Shown: positions 35,480 through 45,540, counted from the stretch's first letter. The stretch is 64,000 nucleotides of DNA from Dehalococcoidia bacterium (GCA_041481535.1 JBGPBZ010000001.1:1065-65064), one strand, 5' to 3'. Translations and numbers: made by a program. The notes: a model not told the origin generated them from the letters alone.

Positions 35480-36406
35480 ATGAGTAGCGAGGCGTCAGCT
35501 CGAACGCAGGCGGGCCTGAGGGCGTTGCTAAACAGGAGGGCTCGCGAAATCAAGGCGAACATTGACGTTGTCCTGAGGTGGCGCCCGGGGTGGAAAGACG
35601 GCGCCGAGATATTCCTCCTGGCCTCGACCCTGCCGCTCTACTACCTGGTGCGCGGCGTTACGAACAGCGAAAACCACATCAACCAGGCTGTGTCGCGCGG
35701 CGTCGACATCATCAACATCGAGAACAGCCTCGGCATCTTCTACGAAGTGCAGTTACAGCACTGGGCGCTGCACTACGACTGGTTGATAACGTTCCTCAAC
35801 GCGTTCTACCTGTACGGGCATCTGCCGGTGATTGGCGCGCTCGCGGTCTGGATGTACTTCTGGCACCGGCCGCAGTACCTGGTGATGCGAAACGCGTTTC
35901 TGGTGTCGGGCGCGATCGCCCTGATCTTTTACGTCAACTTCCCCACTGCACCACCGCGGCTGCTCGATGCTTCCGGATACCACTTCGGGTTTGTGGACAC
36001 GATCCTGGACCAGTACAAGACGAGCCGGCCGGACACGCCGTCCTGGTTCGTGAACGAGTACGCGGCGTTCCCCAGCATGCACATCGGCTGGAACTTGCTG
36101 GTCGGTATCTCAATCTGGCTTTCGACCAGGAATGTGCTTATGCGTGCGTTTGCCGTGGTCATGCCGTTCACGATGTTCTGCGTGATCATACTCACCGGCA
36201 ACCACTACCTGCTGGACGCGGCGGCCGGGATCATAGTGATGCTGATCGGCCTCGGGATTGCGTTTGGGGGGAAAGCTCTGATACAGCGGGTGATCTCGCC
36301 TGACAGCAGGACCGCGAGGGAGAAGGGCTGGGTGCGGTGGGTGTACTGGCTCTTCGGCGTGCCCGACAAGAAGGACGCTGGACTGACTGCTTCGCAACCC
36401 GCATAA
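35480..36406 (+). CDS. PAP2-superfamily integral membrane protein (AUR1 / sphingolipid-synthase-like)
   Basis: PAP2 motifs PSMH and NHYLLD (SRx5Hx3D-type), with 6 or more TM helices. Confidence 0.65.
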   Translation: MSSEASARTQAGLRALLNRRAREIKANIDVVLRWRPGWKDGAEIFLLASTLPLYYLVRGVTNSENHINQAVSRGVDIINIENSLGIFYEVQLQHWALHYDWLITFLNAFYLYGHLPVIGALAVWMYFWHRPQYLVMRNAFLVSGAIALIFYVNFPTAPPRLLDASGYHFGFVDTILDQYKTSRPDTPSWFVNEYAAFPSMHIGWNLLVGISIWLSTRNVLMRAFAVVMPFTMFCVIILTGNHYLLDAAAGIIVMLIGLGIAFGGKALIQRVISPDSRTAREKGWVRWVYWLFGVPDKKDAGLTASQPA

Positions 36407-36415
36407 TTTTTCGCA

Positions 36416-37447
36416 GTGCAAGTTAAAGGCCTGCTCGCCGCCGTTCCCCGCGTACTCTTCACCAACGCGCCGATTGACGCCCAACTTATCATCACCCGCC
36501 GCTGCAACTTGAGCTGCGGCTACTGCGCCGAGTACGACAACTTCTCTGAGCCGGTGCCGCTCGACGTGCTAAAGGAGCGCATCGACGCGCTGCACAAGCT
36601 GCACTCCGCGAACATCACTCTGCTCGGCGGCGAGCCGCTGATGCATCCCGACATCGCCGAGATCGTGCGCTACGCGGGGCGCAAGGCGAACGTCAGCATC
36701 GTCACCAACGGATTCCTGCTCCGCAACGGCGTGATCGAGGCGCTAAACCAGGCCGGACTGAACAACCTCACGGTGAGCGTCGACACGTTGAAGGCAGACC
36801 GCACGCGCTACATCCAGAAGTCGTTCCAGTCGCTGAAGACACGGCTGCTGCGCCTGCAGAACCTGGCGCGGTTCGACGTGCACGTGACGGCGGTCCTCTG
36901 CGACTCGTCGAAGGACGACTTCCGGGAGCTGGTGCGCGAGGTGCAGGGGATGGGCTTCCGGATGTCGATCAACCTGCTGCACAACGCGAAGGGCTACATC
37001 ACGATCGAGGGGCAGCCGTACCTTGACCTGTTCGAGGAGTTCTACCGCGAGGGCAAGCCGTTCACGTTCCTCGACTACGAATACGGGAAGGCGCTTCTCT
37101 CGGGCGAGCGGCCGGACTGGGCGTGCAAAACGGGCTCGCGCTACCTCTACGTGGACGAGCACGGCGACGTCCAGCTCTGCGCGTCACAGCTTGGGCGCAA
37201 GAACTTCGTGAAGCCGATCGTGGACTACACGTCGGAGGACTTGAACCGCAACGCGAAGACGGCGAAAGGCTGCGAAGAAGGATGCTCGGTGGGCTGCGCG
37301 TTCCGCTGTTCCGTGATCGACAACGACAAGCCGGCGTTTGTCAGCGCAATCGTCAAAGGCGGCCTACGCGGGACAATTTTTGACAACGGGCGCGCGAAGA
37401 AGCGCGCACCGAAGTTGCATCCGGAAGTCGCGCTCAGCGACGAGTAG
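36416..37447 (+). CDS. Radical SAM enzyme with a C-terminal SPASM/twitch-like Cys cluster
   Basis: CNLSCGYC is the CxxxCxxC motif. The C-terminus carries CKTGSRYLYVDEHGDVQLC...CEEGCSVGCAFRC. GTG start. Confidence 0.75.
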   Translation: MQVKGLLAAVPRVLFTNAPIDAQLIITRRCNLSCGYCAEYDNFSEPVPLDVLKERIDALHKLHSANITLLGGEPLMHPDIAEIVRYAGRKANVSIVTNGFLLRNGVIEALNQAGLNNLTVSVDTLKADRTRYIQKSFQSLKTRLLRLQNLARFDVHVTAVLCDSSKDDFRELVREVQGMGFRMSINLLHNAKGYITIEGQPYLDLFEEFYREGKPFTFLDYEYGKALLSGERPDWACKTGSRYLYVDEHGDVQLCASQLGRKNFVKPIVDYTSEDLNRNAKTAKGCEEGCSVGCAFRCSVIDNDKPAFVSAIVKGGLRGTIFDNGRAKKRAPKLHPEVALSDE

Positions 37448-37467
37448 GGGTCGTTCGCGAACGACCC
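37447..37467. repeat. Palindromic element GGGGTCGTT-CGCG-AACGACCC (copy 2)
   Basis: It lies immediately 3' of the radical-SAM stop and 5 nt before the stop of the convergent yraN gene. It is near-identical to the element at 20421-20440. Confidence 0.5.
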
Positions 37468-37471
37468 GCCC

Positions 37472-37867
37472 TCACGCCCCTATCACCGCGTTCTCGTAGT
37501 GGTTCAGCGACAACAGTCGGCCGGCCGGCGCGAAGTCGATGGCGATGACGTCGATGCGGAGACCGGCGTCCGGGGCGTGTTCGGCGGCGTAGGCTTCGGC
37601 GAGGGCGATAAGGCGGCGCTGCTTGGCGGGCGTGACGGCGTCGGTGGCGGTTCCCATGCGGGATCCGCGACGAGCCTTCACTTCGACGAAGACGATGGTG
37701 CCGCCGTGCTCGGCGATGATGTCGATCTCGCCTTCAGCGCAGCGGTAGTTTGTTTCGCGAATGCGGTAGCCGTTGGCCTGGAGGTGGTGGAGGGCGAGGC
37801 GTTCGCCGAGTTGGCCGAAGGCGCGGCGCGGGTTGGCGAGGACCATGGGGTTAGTGTGGGCCGGCAT
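37472..37867 (-). CDS. YraN/UPF0102 family endonuclease
   Basis: GEIDIIAEHGGTIVFVEVKAR is the PD-(D/E)XK-type YraN core. ATG at 37867; the longer ORF-track start overlaps the upstream gene. Confidence 0.65.
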   Translation of the reverse strand: MPAHTNPMVLANPRRAFGQLGERLALHHLQANGYRIRETNYRCAEGEIDIIAEHGGTIVFVEVKARRGSRMGTATDAVTPAKQRRLIALAEAYAAEHAPDAGLRIDVIAIDFAPAGRLLSLNHYENAVIGA

Positions 37868-38013
37868 TTCGATCGCGTGAAGAGATGAATGGCACTGAGC
37901 CAACTCACGATCTGTTTTGGGTGGCGTTTTGCGCAGGTATAGCGTTCGGGCGGCCCGAGGGCACGCCCCTACGAGATGGCCCCTAGTACTTGTTCGGCGT
38001 GCCAAGGCGCTGC

Positions 38014-38601
38014 TCAGACTAGACCGCTGTGTTCACGTATGAATTCCATGATCCTCTGGCGGCCAGATACGACGAATCGATACTTCTTGCCGTCCTTGGT
38101 CAACACTAGAAGCCCGTTTGGAACTACACCTAGCGTGTTCTTGAGGGTAACCTCTCGCACGTCGGACATCGGGATTTCGGTCTCACCGGTTTGCAGGTTG
38201 AAGCGGTGCGACTTGAAGAGCAATGTATCCGGAGTTAGAAACAGCCTTCCCCCCACGGACTCAATCCCGCGAAAGAGGTTCGCCGCGACGTCAAATCCCT
38301 CCGACCCCTCGTGTGTCGTTTGCGGCTGTAAGGGCGCGCCCGCATTCTCGGTGTGCGCCGAGCTGGAAGCATGCGCGTCTCCGGCATGGCCCCGGCGACG
38401 ATCGTATTCGGACCGTGCCGCGGAATTTCCCAACACTTCGAATGCAGCATTGATCTGCTTCATCCGTTCCGACGCGTCGACTCGAGTGTTGACATCAGGA
38501 TGGTACTTTCGGGCCAGTCTCCTGTATGCCGCGTCAATCACTTCCGCTTCGGCGGAAGGGTGGACTTGCAGGATCTCGTAGTAATCGGGCTCTTGAGCCA
38601 T
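38014..38601 (-). CDS. J-domain protein with a C-terminal bacterial PH/GRAM-like domain
   Basis: YYEILQV...KYHPD is the J domain. The C-terminal [14 protein letters not shown]...KKYRFVV segment looks bPH-like. GC is about 55%. Confidence 0.6.
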   Translation of the reverse strand: MAQEPDYYEILQVHPSAEAEVIDAAYRRLARKYHPDVNTRVDASERMKQINAAFEVLGNSAARSEYDRRRGHAGDAHASSSAHTENAGAPLQPQTTHEGSEGFDVAANLFRGIESVGGRLFLTPDTLLFKSHRFNLQTGETEIPMSDVREVTLKNTLGVVPNGLLVLTKDGKKYRFVVSGRQRIMEFIREHSGLV

Positions 38602-38610
38602 GGCGCTCCG

Positions 38611-39561
38611 CTAGTATTTGCCCTGGCGTTCGAAGATTTTACGGGGGTTGTCGACGGTCATCTGGGTGACCATGGCGTCGGTGACGCCGCTTTTCTTGAG
38701 GGCGGGGAGGATGTCGTCTGGGATGTGGTTGAAGTGCCAGTTGGGGACGAGCTTGGCCATCAGGCCGGGGTCGGCCCAGGCGAAGTGGCAAGCGGCGTCG
38801 TGGGAGAGGACCATCTGGCCGGCGTAACCCATCTCGCACATCTTGACGATCGTATCGACGCGCTTGGCCATCTCGAGGAAGATGTCGATGCCGAAGCGGT
38901 CCATGCCGATGAACGAGCCACGGTCGCAGATCTTCTTCAGGTAGTTGGTGTCTGTGGTGTCGCCGCTGTGACCGATGACGACGCGGCTGAGATCGACGCC
39001 CTCGCTTTCGAAGACGTCCTGCTGCTTGAGGCCGACTTCGCTGGCGGCGTGGGTGTGCGTGGAGATCGGGACACCGGTGCGGCGGTGGGCCTGGGCAGAG
39101 GCGCGGAGGATGCGCTCAACGTCCGGGGTGACGCCGGGCTCGTCGGTGGCGCACTTGATGATGCCGGCCTTGACGCCAGTGTCCATGATGCCGTTCTCGA
39201 TGTCGCGGGCGAAGAGGTCGGCGATGAACTCGATGGGGCGGCCGCTCTGCGCGGAGAAGTAGTGCGGGACTTCCCAGTAGATGCCCGTGGCGACGATGAC
39301 TTGCATCCCGCTGCCCTTCACCACATCTTTGACGAACGGGATGTCCCGCCAGTCGGCGACGGTGAGGTCGACCAGCGTCTTCACTCCGCGCGACTGCACA
39401 TCCTTCAGCTTCTGGATGGCGATTGCGGTCTCGGCCTTGCGGTCGAAGATCGGGAAGTTCTCCTTCATGCCGGGCGAGTGCACGATGATGTGCTCGTGCA
39501 TGAGCGTGAAGCCGAGGTCCTTGGTGTCGAGCGGGCCGGACACGGAGTTAACGGTAGGCAT
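38611..39561 (-). CDS. Phosphotriesterase-family (PTE/Php) metal-dependent hydrolase
   Basis: GFTLMHEHI is the N-terminal His pair. The fold is TIM-barrel amidohydrolase. The protein is 316 aa. Confidence 0.8.
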   Translation of the reverse strand: MPTVNSVSGPLDTKDLGFTLMHEHIIVHSPGMKENFPIFDRKAETAIAIQKLKDVQSRGVKTLVDLTVADWRDIPFVKDVVKGSGMQVIVATGIYWEVPHYFSAQSGRPIEFIADLFARDIENGIMDTGVKAGIIKCATDEPGVTPDVERILRASAQAHRRTGVPISTHTHAASEVGLKQQDVFESEGVDLSRVVIGHSGDTTDTNYLKKICDRGSFIGMDRFGIDIFLEMAKRVDTIVKMCEMGYAGQMVLSHDAACHFAWADPGLMAKLVPNWHFNHIPDDILPALKKSGVTDAMVTQMTVDNPRKIFERQGKY

Positions 39562-39605
39562 GGCGTCTCCTTCTAAAGTAGGCGCGCCCGATTATACGTC
39601 AGCGC

Positions 39606-40319
39606 TCAGACGATGGCAGCAGCAAGATCGCCGGCCGCGGCGATCGGCGGCTCCGGGAAGTCGGGCGTGAGGTCGAGCTGGTAGCCGAGGAGAATCTCCT
39701 TGACGGGCGAGAAGGAGCGGCGGTGGAGGTCGCACGGGCCGAGGTCTTTGATGGCGCGGACGTGCTCCGACATGTAGTAGCCCTTGTTGTGGAGGAATCC
39801 GTAGCCGGGGAAGTTGCAGTCGTGCGTGTCCATGAGCCTGTCACGCGCGACCTTGGCGATGATCAAGGCAACCACGATAGAGAAAAAGATGCCATCACCG
39901 CCGATGATGTTGGTCTGCGAAAGGTTGCAGGCGCGCAACGGGAATGCGTCCGTCAGGAGATGCTGGGGCCGCACCGGCAGGTCCCCGAGCGCGGCCAGCC
40001 AGGCCTGGCGCGAGGCCTCCGCGATCCCGATGCGATCGATCGTCTCGACCGAGACAAACGCCACGCTTGCGGCGACAGCGCGCTCCCAGATCAGCGGCGC
40101 GAGCTCTTCGCGGGCTTCGGGCGAGAGCTTCTTGCTGTCGTTGAGGTGGCGGATGAACTTGTACCGTCCGGCGGCCCGCGCGCCCATCGGAAGAATTACC
40201 GCGCCCGCAGCGACCGGCCCGGCGAGCGGCCCTCGCCCAACCTCGTCCACTCCGGCGATGAGGTGCCTGCCCTCGCCCCAGACGGTGCGTTCGAATCGGA
40301 ACGAGGGGCGCTTCGGCAT
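39606..40319 (-). CDS. rnhB: Ribonuclease HII
   Basis: GVDEVGRGPLAGPV is the catalytic DE motif region. The protein is 237 aa. Confidence 0.85.
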   Translation of the reverse strand: MPKRPSFRFERTVWGEGRHLIAGVDEVGRGPLAGPVAAGAVILPMGARAAGRYKFIRHLNDSKKLSPEAREELAPLIWERAVAASVAFVSVETIDRIGIAEASRQAWLAALGDLPVRPQHLLTDAFPLRACNLSQTNIIGGDGIFFSIVVALIIAKVARDRLMDTHDCNFPGYGFLHNKGYYMSEHVRAIKDLGPCDLHRRSFSPVKEILLGYQLDLTPDFPEPPIAAAGDLAAAIV

Positions 40320-40448
40320 CCTGGCTCGATGCTAGCGCCGCGGCGAGAAGCGAGTCAACGAAACGAGCAGGCTTGTTAACAATATGCTACCGCTAAGAAT
40401 CAATCATCAGCCGGACAAACGTGACAACTGCTTGATTGTTTGAGCGAT

Positions 40449-40494
40449 TGCTGATTGACTGTTTGCTGATTGACTGTTTGCTTTTGATACGGGA
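40449..40494. repeat. Tandem direct repeats (CTGATTGACTGTTTG x2 plus a partial copy) in the rnhB/tautomerase divergent promoter region
   Basis: Reads gattgCTGATTGACTGTTTGCTGATTGACTGTTTGCttttga, immediately upstream of the GGGAGG RBS of the tautomerase gene. Confidence 0.6.
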
Positions 40495-40501
40495 GGACAG
40501 G

Positions 40502-40687
40502 ATGCCAATCGTGCACATAGAGATGTTCAGCGGCCGCACAGACGCGCAGAAGAGCGAGCTGGCCCGCGTAATCACGGACGCCCTCGTCAATATCGCTCAC
40601 ACAACCCCCGACGCAACCATCGTTATCTTCCAAGATATCGACAAGGAGAACTGGGCCCAGGAGGGCAAGCTATTAAGCGAAGACTAG
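40502..40687 (+). CDS. 4-oxalocrotonate tautomerase family protein
   Basis: MPIVHIEMF gives a catalytic Pro1 after Met removal. GGGAGG lies 5 nt upstream of the ATG. The protein is 61 aa. Confidence 0.7.
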   Translation: MPIVHIEMFSGRTDAQKSELARVITDALVNIAHTTPDATIVIFQDIDKENWAQEGKLLSED

Positions 40688-40864
40688 CCGCCAGGAGCGC
40701 ATAATCGCGAATTGTAACGCCGATCATGGCTTTATCTGTAACCGATGCCAAGCGCGATTCGTCACATCTTTCAGAGACCGAGCCAGACAGGGCTCCGTGC
40801 TATACTCGAAATGAAGTATCGATAGATGTAAGTCTATCCAGGGTAGATACGTAGAAAGAGTCGT

Positions 40865-42832
40865 ATGAACGGTCGTTGGTTACGCAATAGCTTCATTTAC
40901 TTGCTCATATTGGTGGCGATCGTCGCCATCATCTTCACTGTCTTCTACGGCGGTAACTCCGGCGCGCAAAAAGAGACCGTCGGTGACTTTGTGGCGCACG
41001 TGCAGGCTGGCGAGATCAAGAAGATAGACGTCTCCGGCAGCAAGCTCACCTATACGCTCAACGGCGACGAGAACGAGTCCTACACGCAGATGGAAGAGGG
41101 CGACACCGTCAACAGTCTGCTCTCCCAGGCCAACCCCGCGATTCGGCTCGGCGACGACAAGTACCCCGAAGTAAACATCAAGGGGACTAGCGGCTGGAAG
41201 ACAGCGCTCAGTATTCTTCTACAGTTCATTCCGATCATCATCATCGTCGGTATCTTGTTCTTCTTCCTGCGCCAGGCACAGGGGTCGAATAACCAGGCGC
41301 TCAACTTCGGTAAGAGCCGCGCCCGCATGTTCAGCGGCACGAGGCCCAGCGTCACGTTCTTAGACGTGGCCGGAGTGGAGGAGGCAAGGGACGAGCTGAA
41401 AGAGGTCGTCGAGTTCCTCAAGTACCCGGAGAAGTTCGCCGCCCTCGGCGCACGCATTCCGAAGGGCGTGCTGCTCATCGGACCGCCAGGCACGGGCAAG
41501 ACGCTGCTGGCCAAGGCCGTCGCCGGCGAGGCTGGCGTGCCGTTCTTCTCGATCTCAGGCTCGGAGTTCGTCGAGATGTTCGTCGGTGTCGGCGCGTCTC
41601 GTGTGCGCGATCTGTTCGATCAGGCCAAGCGCAACTCCCCGTGCATCGTCTTCGTGGACGAGATCGACGCCGTCGGCCGCCACCGTGGCGCAGGCCTGGG
41701 CGGCAGCCACGACGAGCGCGAGCAAACTCTGAACCAGATCCTCGTCGAGATGGACGGGTTCGACACGAACACCAACGTAATCGTCATCGCGGCCACGAAC
41801 CGGCCGGACATTCTCGACCCGGCACTGCTTCGCCCGGGCCGCTTCGACCGGCAGGTCGTCCTCGACCAGCCGGACATCAAGGGCCGCAAGGCGATCCTCG
41901 AAGTGCACGCGAAGGGAAAGCCACTGGACCCGGTTGTGAACCTGGAGACGGTGGCAAAACAGACGCCTGGCTTCTCCGGCGCTGACCTCGCGAACCTCGT
42001 AAACGAGGCCGCGATCCTGGCCGCGCGCCGGGGCAAGAAGAAGATCACGATGCCAGAGCTCGACGAAGCGGTCGACCGCGTAATCGCGGGGCCGGAGCGC
42101 CGCAGCCGCGTAATCAGCAAGAAAGAACGCGAAATTATCGCTTACCACGAGGCCGGCCACGCGCTGGTCGGCTACATGCTCCCGAACGCAGACCCACCGT
42201 ACAAGATCAGCATCGTCGCGCGCGGAATGGCGGGCGGCTTCACCCGCTTCCTGCCGGAAGAGGACCGCCACCTTCACTCCCGCAGCGAGTTGCTGGACCG
42301 ACTCGCGGCGTTCCTCGGCGGCCTCGTCGCGGAGGAGCTGGTCTTCGGCGAAGCGACTACTGGGCCTTCGGACGACATCGGACGAGCGACGTCTATCGCG
42401 CGCCAGATGGTGACGCAGTGGGGCATGAGCGAGCGTCTCGGGCCCCGGACGTTCGGGCGCAAGGAAGAGTTGGTGTTCCTGGGTCGCGAGATCTCGGAGT
42501 CACGCAACTACTCGGACAAGGTGGCGGAAGAGATTGACGAAGAGGTCCGGCAGATCATCGAGCACGCGTACCAGACGGCGAAGCGCCTTCTGACGGAGCA
42601 CCGCACGAAACTTGACGCTCTCGTCACGGCGGTGATGGAACAAGAGACGATTGAGGGCGAAGCGCTACAGCAGCTGCTGTCCGGCACCGGTGCGCCCGGC
42701 CAGACGATGCCGGAAGGCGAGACGCCGCAGACGGAAGAGCGCAGCCCGGAGCCGCAGAAGCCGAACGTGGCACCGCCGAAGCCGGGCCTGGCCTGGGACA
42801 CGCCGTCGGTCGTCGATCCGCCTGTGGACTAG
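40865..42832 (+). CDS. ftsH: ATP-dependent zinc metalloprotease FtsH
   Basis: Two TM helices, the AAA module GPPGTGKT, the SRH region, and the HEAGHA zinc site. There is a Pro-rich C-terminal tail. Confidence 0.9.
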   Translation: MNGRWLRNSFIYLLILVAIVAIIFTVFYGGNSGAQKETVGDFVAHVQAGEIKKIDVSGSKLTYTLNGDENESYTQMEEGDTVNSLLSQANPAIRLGDDKYPEVNIKGTSGWKTALSILLQFIPIIIIVGILFFFLRQAQGSNNQALNFGKSRARMFSGTRPSVTFLDVAGVEEARDELKEVVEFLKYPEKFAALGARIPKGVLLIGPPGTGKTLLAKAVAGEAGVPFFSISGSEFVEMFVGVGASRVRDLFDQAKRNSPCIVFVDEIDAVGRHRGAGLGGSHDEREQTLNQILVEMDGFDTNTNVIVIAATNRPDILDPALLRPGRFDRQVVLDQPDIKGRKAILEVHAKGKPLDPVVNLETVAKQTPGFSGADLANLVNEAAILAARRGKKKITMPELDEAVDRVIAGPERRSRVISKKEREIIAYHEAGHALVGYMLPNADPPYKISIVARGMAGGFTRFLPEEDRHLHSRSELLDRLAAFLGGLVAEELVFGEATTGPSDDIGRATSIARQMVTQWGMSERLGPRTFGRKEELVFLGREISESRNYSDKVAEEIDEEVRQIIEHAYQTAKRLLTEHRTKLDALVTAVMEQETIEGEALQQLLSGTGAPGQTMPEGETPQTEERSPEPQKPNVAPPKPGLAWDTPSVVDPPVD

Positions 42833-42943
42833 CGTCTAACTGGACACGAACGGCCCTCGTCGATACAATCGCTTGGTGCGCTCGAATCTAAGCGCGCAAT
42901 AACGGCCGCCATAGGCCGCGAATCACCCCACGGAGGCAATCCC

Positions 42944-43579
42944 ATTTACGCAATAGTCCGCGCCGGTGGCAGGCAATACCGGGTCGAACCGAGCCAGATT
43001 CTCGACGTTGACCGGCTGCCCGCCAACGTCGGCGATACAGTTGACCTTGGCGTGCTGATGCTCGGCGGAGACGGCGAGACGCACATCGGCACACCGCTCG
43101 TGGACGGCGCGCGCGTCGTCGCGGAGGTGATCGAGCACTTGCGCGGGGAGAAGATCCTCGTCTTCAAATACAAGAACAAGGTGCGGTACCGCCGCCGCCA
43201 CGGACACCGCCAGGACTACACCCGCCTTTCCATCAAAGAGATCGTAACCGCGGCTGGAAGCGTATCTTCCGTTGAGAGGCCCCGCCGCCGTCGCGTCGAG
43301 GTGAAGGTCGACGCGGACGAAGAACAGCCGGTCACCGAGGCGATGACCGAAGCGCCGGAGGCCGAACCGACACCCCGACGCCGTCGCGCGCCACGCGCCG
43401 AAGAGGCCGAGCCGGTCGCCGAAGCGGAAGCCCCCGAGGCCGAAGCATCGACGGAGCAACCGGCACGGCGGACTCGCGTGCGGAAGGCTGAGCCGGAAGG
43501 CGAAGCGCCGCCGGAGTCCGACAAGCCGGGCCGCCGGAGCCGCGCTGCGAAGCCGGACGCCGAGGGCGAAGGAGAATAA
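42944..43579 (+). CDS. rplU: 50S ribosomal protein L21 with a probable ATT start codon and an Ala/Glu/Pro/Arg-rich C-terminal extension
   Basis: The conserved N-terminus (M)YAIVRAGGRQYRV is encoded directly after GGAGG plus a 7-nt spacer by ATT TAC GCA. No ATG, GTG or TTG lies in frame between the upstream stop (42887) and Tyr2. Confidence 0.6.
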   Translation: MYAIVRAGGRQYRVEPSQILDVDRLPANVGDTVDLGVLMLGGDGETHIGTPLVDGARVVAEVIEHLRGEKILVFKYKNKVRYRRRHGHRQDYTRLSIKEIVTAAGSVSSVERPRRRRVEVKVDADEEQPVTEAMTEAPEAEPTPRRRRAPRAEEAEPVAEAEAPEAEASTEQPARRTRVRKAEPEGEAPPESDKPGRRSRAAKPDAEGEGE

Positions 43580-43582
43580 ACG

Positions 43583-43849
43583 ATGGCACATAAGAAGAGC
43601 GGTGGAAGCGCCAAGAACGGCCGCGACTCTCACGGGCAGCGGCTGGGCGTGAAGCGCTACGACGGCCAGATAGTGCTTCCGGGCACGATCATCGTGCGGC
43701 AGCGCGGGACGAAGATTCACCCCGGCGTAAACGTCGGGATGGGGCGCGACTTCACGATCTTCTCGCTGATCGAGGGAAAGGTTAAGTTCGCGGCGTACGC
43801 GAAGGACGGCCGACGCAAGGTCAGCGTACAAACGGTATCGGCAGAATAG
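43583..43849 (+). CDS. rpmA: 50S ribosomal protein L27
   Basis: [16 protein letters not shown] is canonical. The protein is 88 aa. Confidence 0.9.
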   Translation: MAHKKSGGSAKNGRDSHGQRLGVKRYDGQIVLPGTIIVRQRGTKIHPGVNVGMGRDFTIFSLIEGKVKFAAYAKDGRRKVSVQTVSAE

Positions 43850-43867
43850 GCAGAACGAAGGAACGGC

Positions 43868-44068
43868 ATGAAAGAGAAGATTCACCCCGAATACGTCGTG
43901 GCGACTGTGCACTGCGCGTGCGGCAACCGCTGGGAAACGCACGCCACAGTACCCGACCTGAAGATTGAGGTGTGCAGCAACTGCCACCCGTTCTTCACGG
44001 GCGAGCAACGCATCGTTGACACGGCAGGCCGCGTCGAGCGGTTCAAGCGCCGCTACAACATGAAGTAG
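43868..44068 (+). CDS. rpmE: 50S ribosomal protein L31
   Basis: MKEKIHPEY plus the CxxC..CxxC zinc motif. The protein is 66 aa. Confidence 0.9.
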   Translation: MKEKIHPEYVVATVHCACGNRWETHATVPDLKIEVCSNCHPFFTGEQRIVDTAGRVERFKRRYNMK

Positions 44069-44071
44069 CAC

Positions 44072-44145
44072 CCGAGGCTAGAAAGCCTCGGCCACAAAGA
44101 ATATCGAATCGGGTCCCGGCCAGCGCCGGGGCCCGATTCTGCTTT
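44072..44145 (+). terminator. Tandem terminator hairpins after rpmE
   Basis: The first hairpin is CCGAGGCT-agaa-AGCCTCGG. The second is AATCGGGTCCCGGC-cagc-GCCGGGGCCCGATT, followed by CUGCUUU. Confidence 0.5.
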
Positions 44146-44158
44146 ATGCTGGAACTCG

Positions 44159-45097
44159 ATGCCAGAGAAGCGCGTGTACTACGGGGGACAGGCCGTGATG
44201 GAGGGCGTGATGATCCGCGGCCCCCGCAGCCTGGCCATAGCCTGCCGCCGTCCGGACGGCGAGATCGCGACGAAGCGCGAGCAGCTGGGCAGCCTGTACG
44301 CCGGCGCCCCACGACGCCTGCCGTTCGTGCGAGGCGTGATCGTCCTCTGGGAGACGATCGCGCTGGGCATACGGGCGCTCACCTGGTCGACTAACGTCGC
44401 GCTGGGGGCCGAAAACGAGGAGGAGGAGTCGAAGGGGATGCCAGTCGCGGCGCTGCTTATGCTGGTGATCGTCGCGGGGATCTTCTTCGCCGGGCCGCTG
44501 CTGCTCGCCAGCTTTCTCCACGACCTGCTCGGGAACGACCTGCTCGTCGTCATCGTCGAAGGATTGATCCGCCTTGGCGTGGTGGTGGGATACGTGACCG
44601 CGATAGGCCTTGTGCCGGATGTCCGGCGCGTCTATGAGTACCACGGCGCCGAGCACAAGACGATCCACGCGATGGAGGCGGGCGATCCCCTCGATCCGGC
44701 GCACGTGCAGCGGCACCCGACGGCGCATGTCCGCTGCGGCACGAGCTTTCTGCTGACGGTGGTCGTCGTCAGTATCATCGTCTTCGCGCCGATCGGTAGC
44801 CCGGACCTCTGGCTGCGGGTGGTCTCGCGGATCGTGCTAATCCCGGTGATTGCTTCGATCTCATACGAGCTGATCCGCATCGGCGGCGCGTTCGAGAGCA
44901 ACCCGATCACGAAGGTGCTGATGTGGCCAAACCTGGCGCTGCAGGCGATCACGACAAAGCCGCCGGACGACGCCCAGGTGGAAGTTGCGATCACGGCGCT
45001 GAACGAGGTGCTCGCCGCGGAGCAAGAGATTGAGTCTGCGGCGCCGATAGGGCGCGAGGCGGAAGCAGCAATCGAAGCCGCGCCACCTCTGGACTAA
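44159..45097 (+). CDS. DUF1385 family protein
   Basis: YYGGQAVMEGVMIRG is the DUF1385 N-terminal signature, with HGAEH and internal TM segments. Confidence 0.7.
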   Translation: MPEKRVYYGGQAVMEGVMIRGPRSLAIACRRPDGEIATKREQLGSLYAGAPRRLPFVRGVIVLWETIALGIRALTWSTNVALGAENEEEESKGMPVAALLMLVIVAGIFFAGPLLLASFLHDLLGNDLLVVIVEGLIRLGVVVGYVTAIGLVPDVRRVYEYHGAEHKTIHAMEAGDPLDPAHVQRHPTAHVRCGTSFLLTVVVVSIIVFAPIGSPDLWLRVVSRIVLIPVIASISYELIRIGGAFESNPITKVLMWPNLALQAITTKPPDDAQVEVAITALNEVLAAEQEIESAAPIGREAEAAIEAAPPLD

Positions 45098-45185
45098 GCC
45101 GCGACCAGTTAAAGTTTCCTAACCTATAGATATTTGCGTTGTCAAGACGTTGACGTCTGCGTTCGCGCATTAGAAAATACGCGTC

Positions 45186-45256
45186 GCGGGCAGGACCGCC
45201 AAAGGCGCTGTGGACTACCCCCTCGGGCTAATGAGGACCCTGCCCGCTTTTTCTTT
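45186..45256 (+). terminator. Long-stem terminator (GCGGGCAGG ... CCTGCCCGC followed by TTTTTCTTT)
   Basis: A 9-bp outer stem encloses internal structure and is followed by a T-run. It lies between the DUF1385 gene and the convergent small ORF downstream of hisI. Confidence 0.4.
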
Positions 45257-45264
45257 GCCTGCTT

Positions 45265-45537
45265 TTAGTCGCGATGCATTCGGCCGAGCGCGGCGATTCG
45301 CTCTTCCTCTGTGAGGTCGGCTTCGGGCAGGCCGTGCCAGGGCTTCTCGGGTTCGGGCGCTTTCTCACGCGCTTCCATCTCGCGCATCCGGAAGAAGATG
45401 AGCATCCCGAACGGCGCGCGCAGCAAGTTGGTGAGGGAGAGAAACGCCGACCAGCCCCACAAACGCTCGAACAAGCTCTTGCGCTTACCGGGGAAGTCGC
45501 CGTCCGCCGTAGCGCCGGTTCGTGTGAAGAGCGGCAT
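45265..45537 (-). CDS. Hypothetical small protein downstream of hisI
   Basis: A 90-aa ORF that starts 4 nt after the hisI stop. One hydrophobic segment. Confidence 0.35.
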   Translation of the reverse strand: MPLFTRTGATADGDFPGKRKSLFERLWGWSAFLSLTNLLRAPFGMLIFFRMREMEAREKAPEPEKPWHGLPEADLTEEERIAALGRMHRD

Positions 45538-45540
45538 CGC

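Noticed and set aside
38353-39576. 407-aa plus-strand ORF
   Set aside because: It is antisense to the phosphotriesterase-family gene.
42923-44071. 382-aa minus-strand ORF overlapping rplU, rpmA and rpmE
   Set aside because: It is antisense to three canonical ribosomal protein genes.
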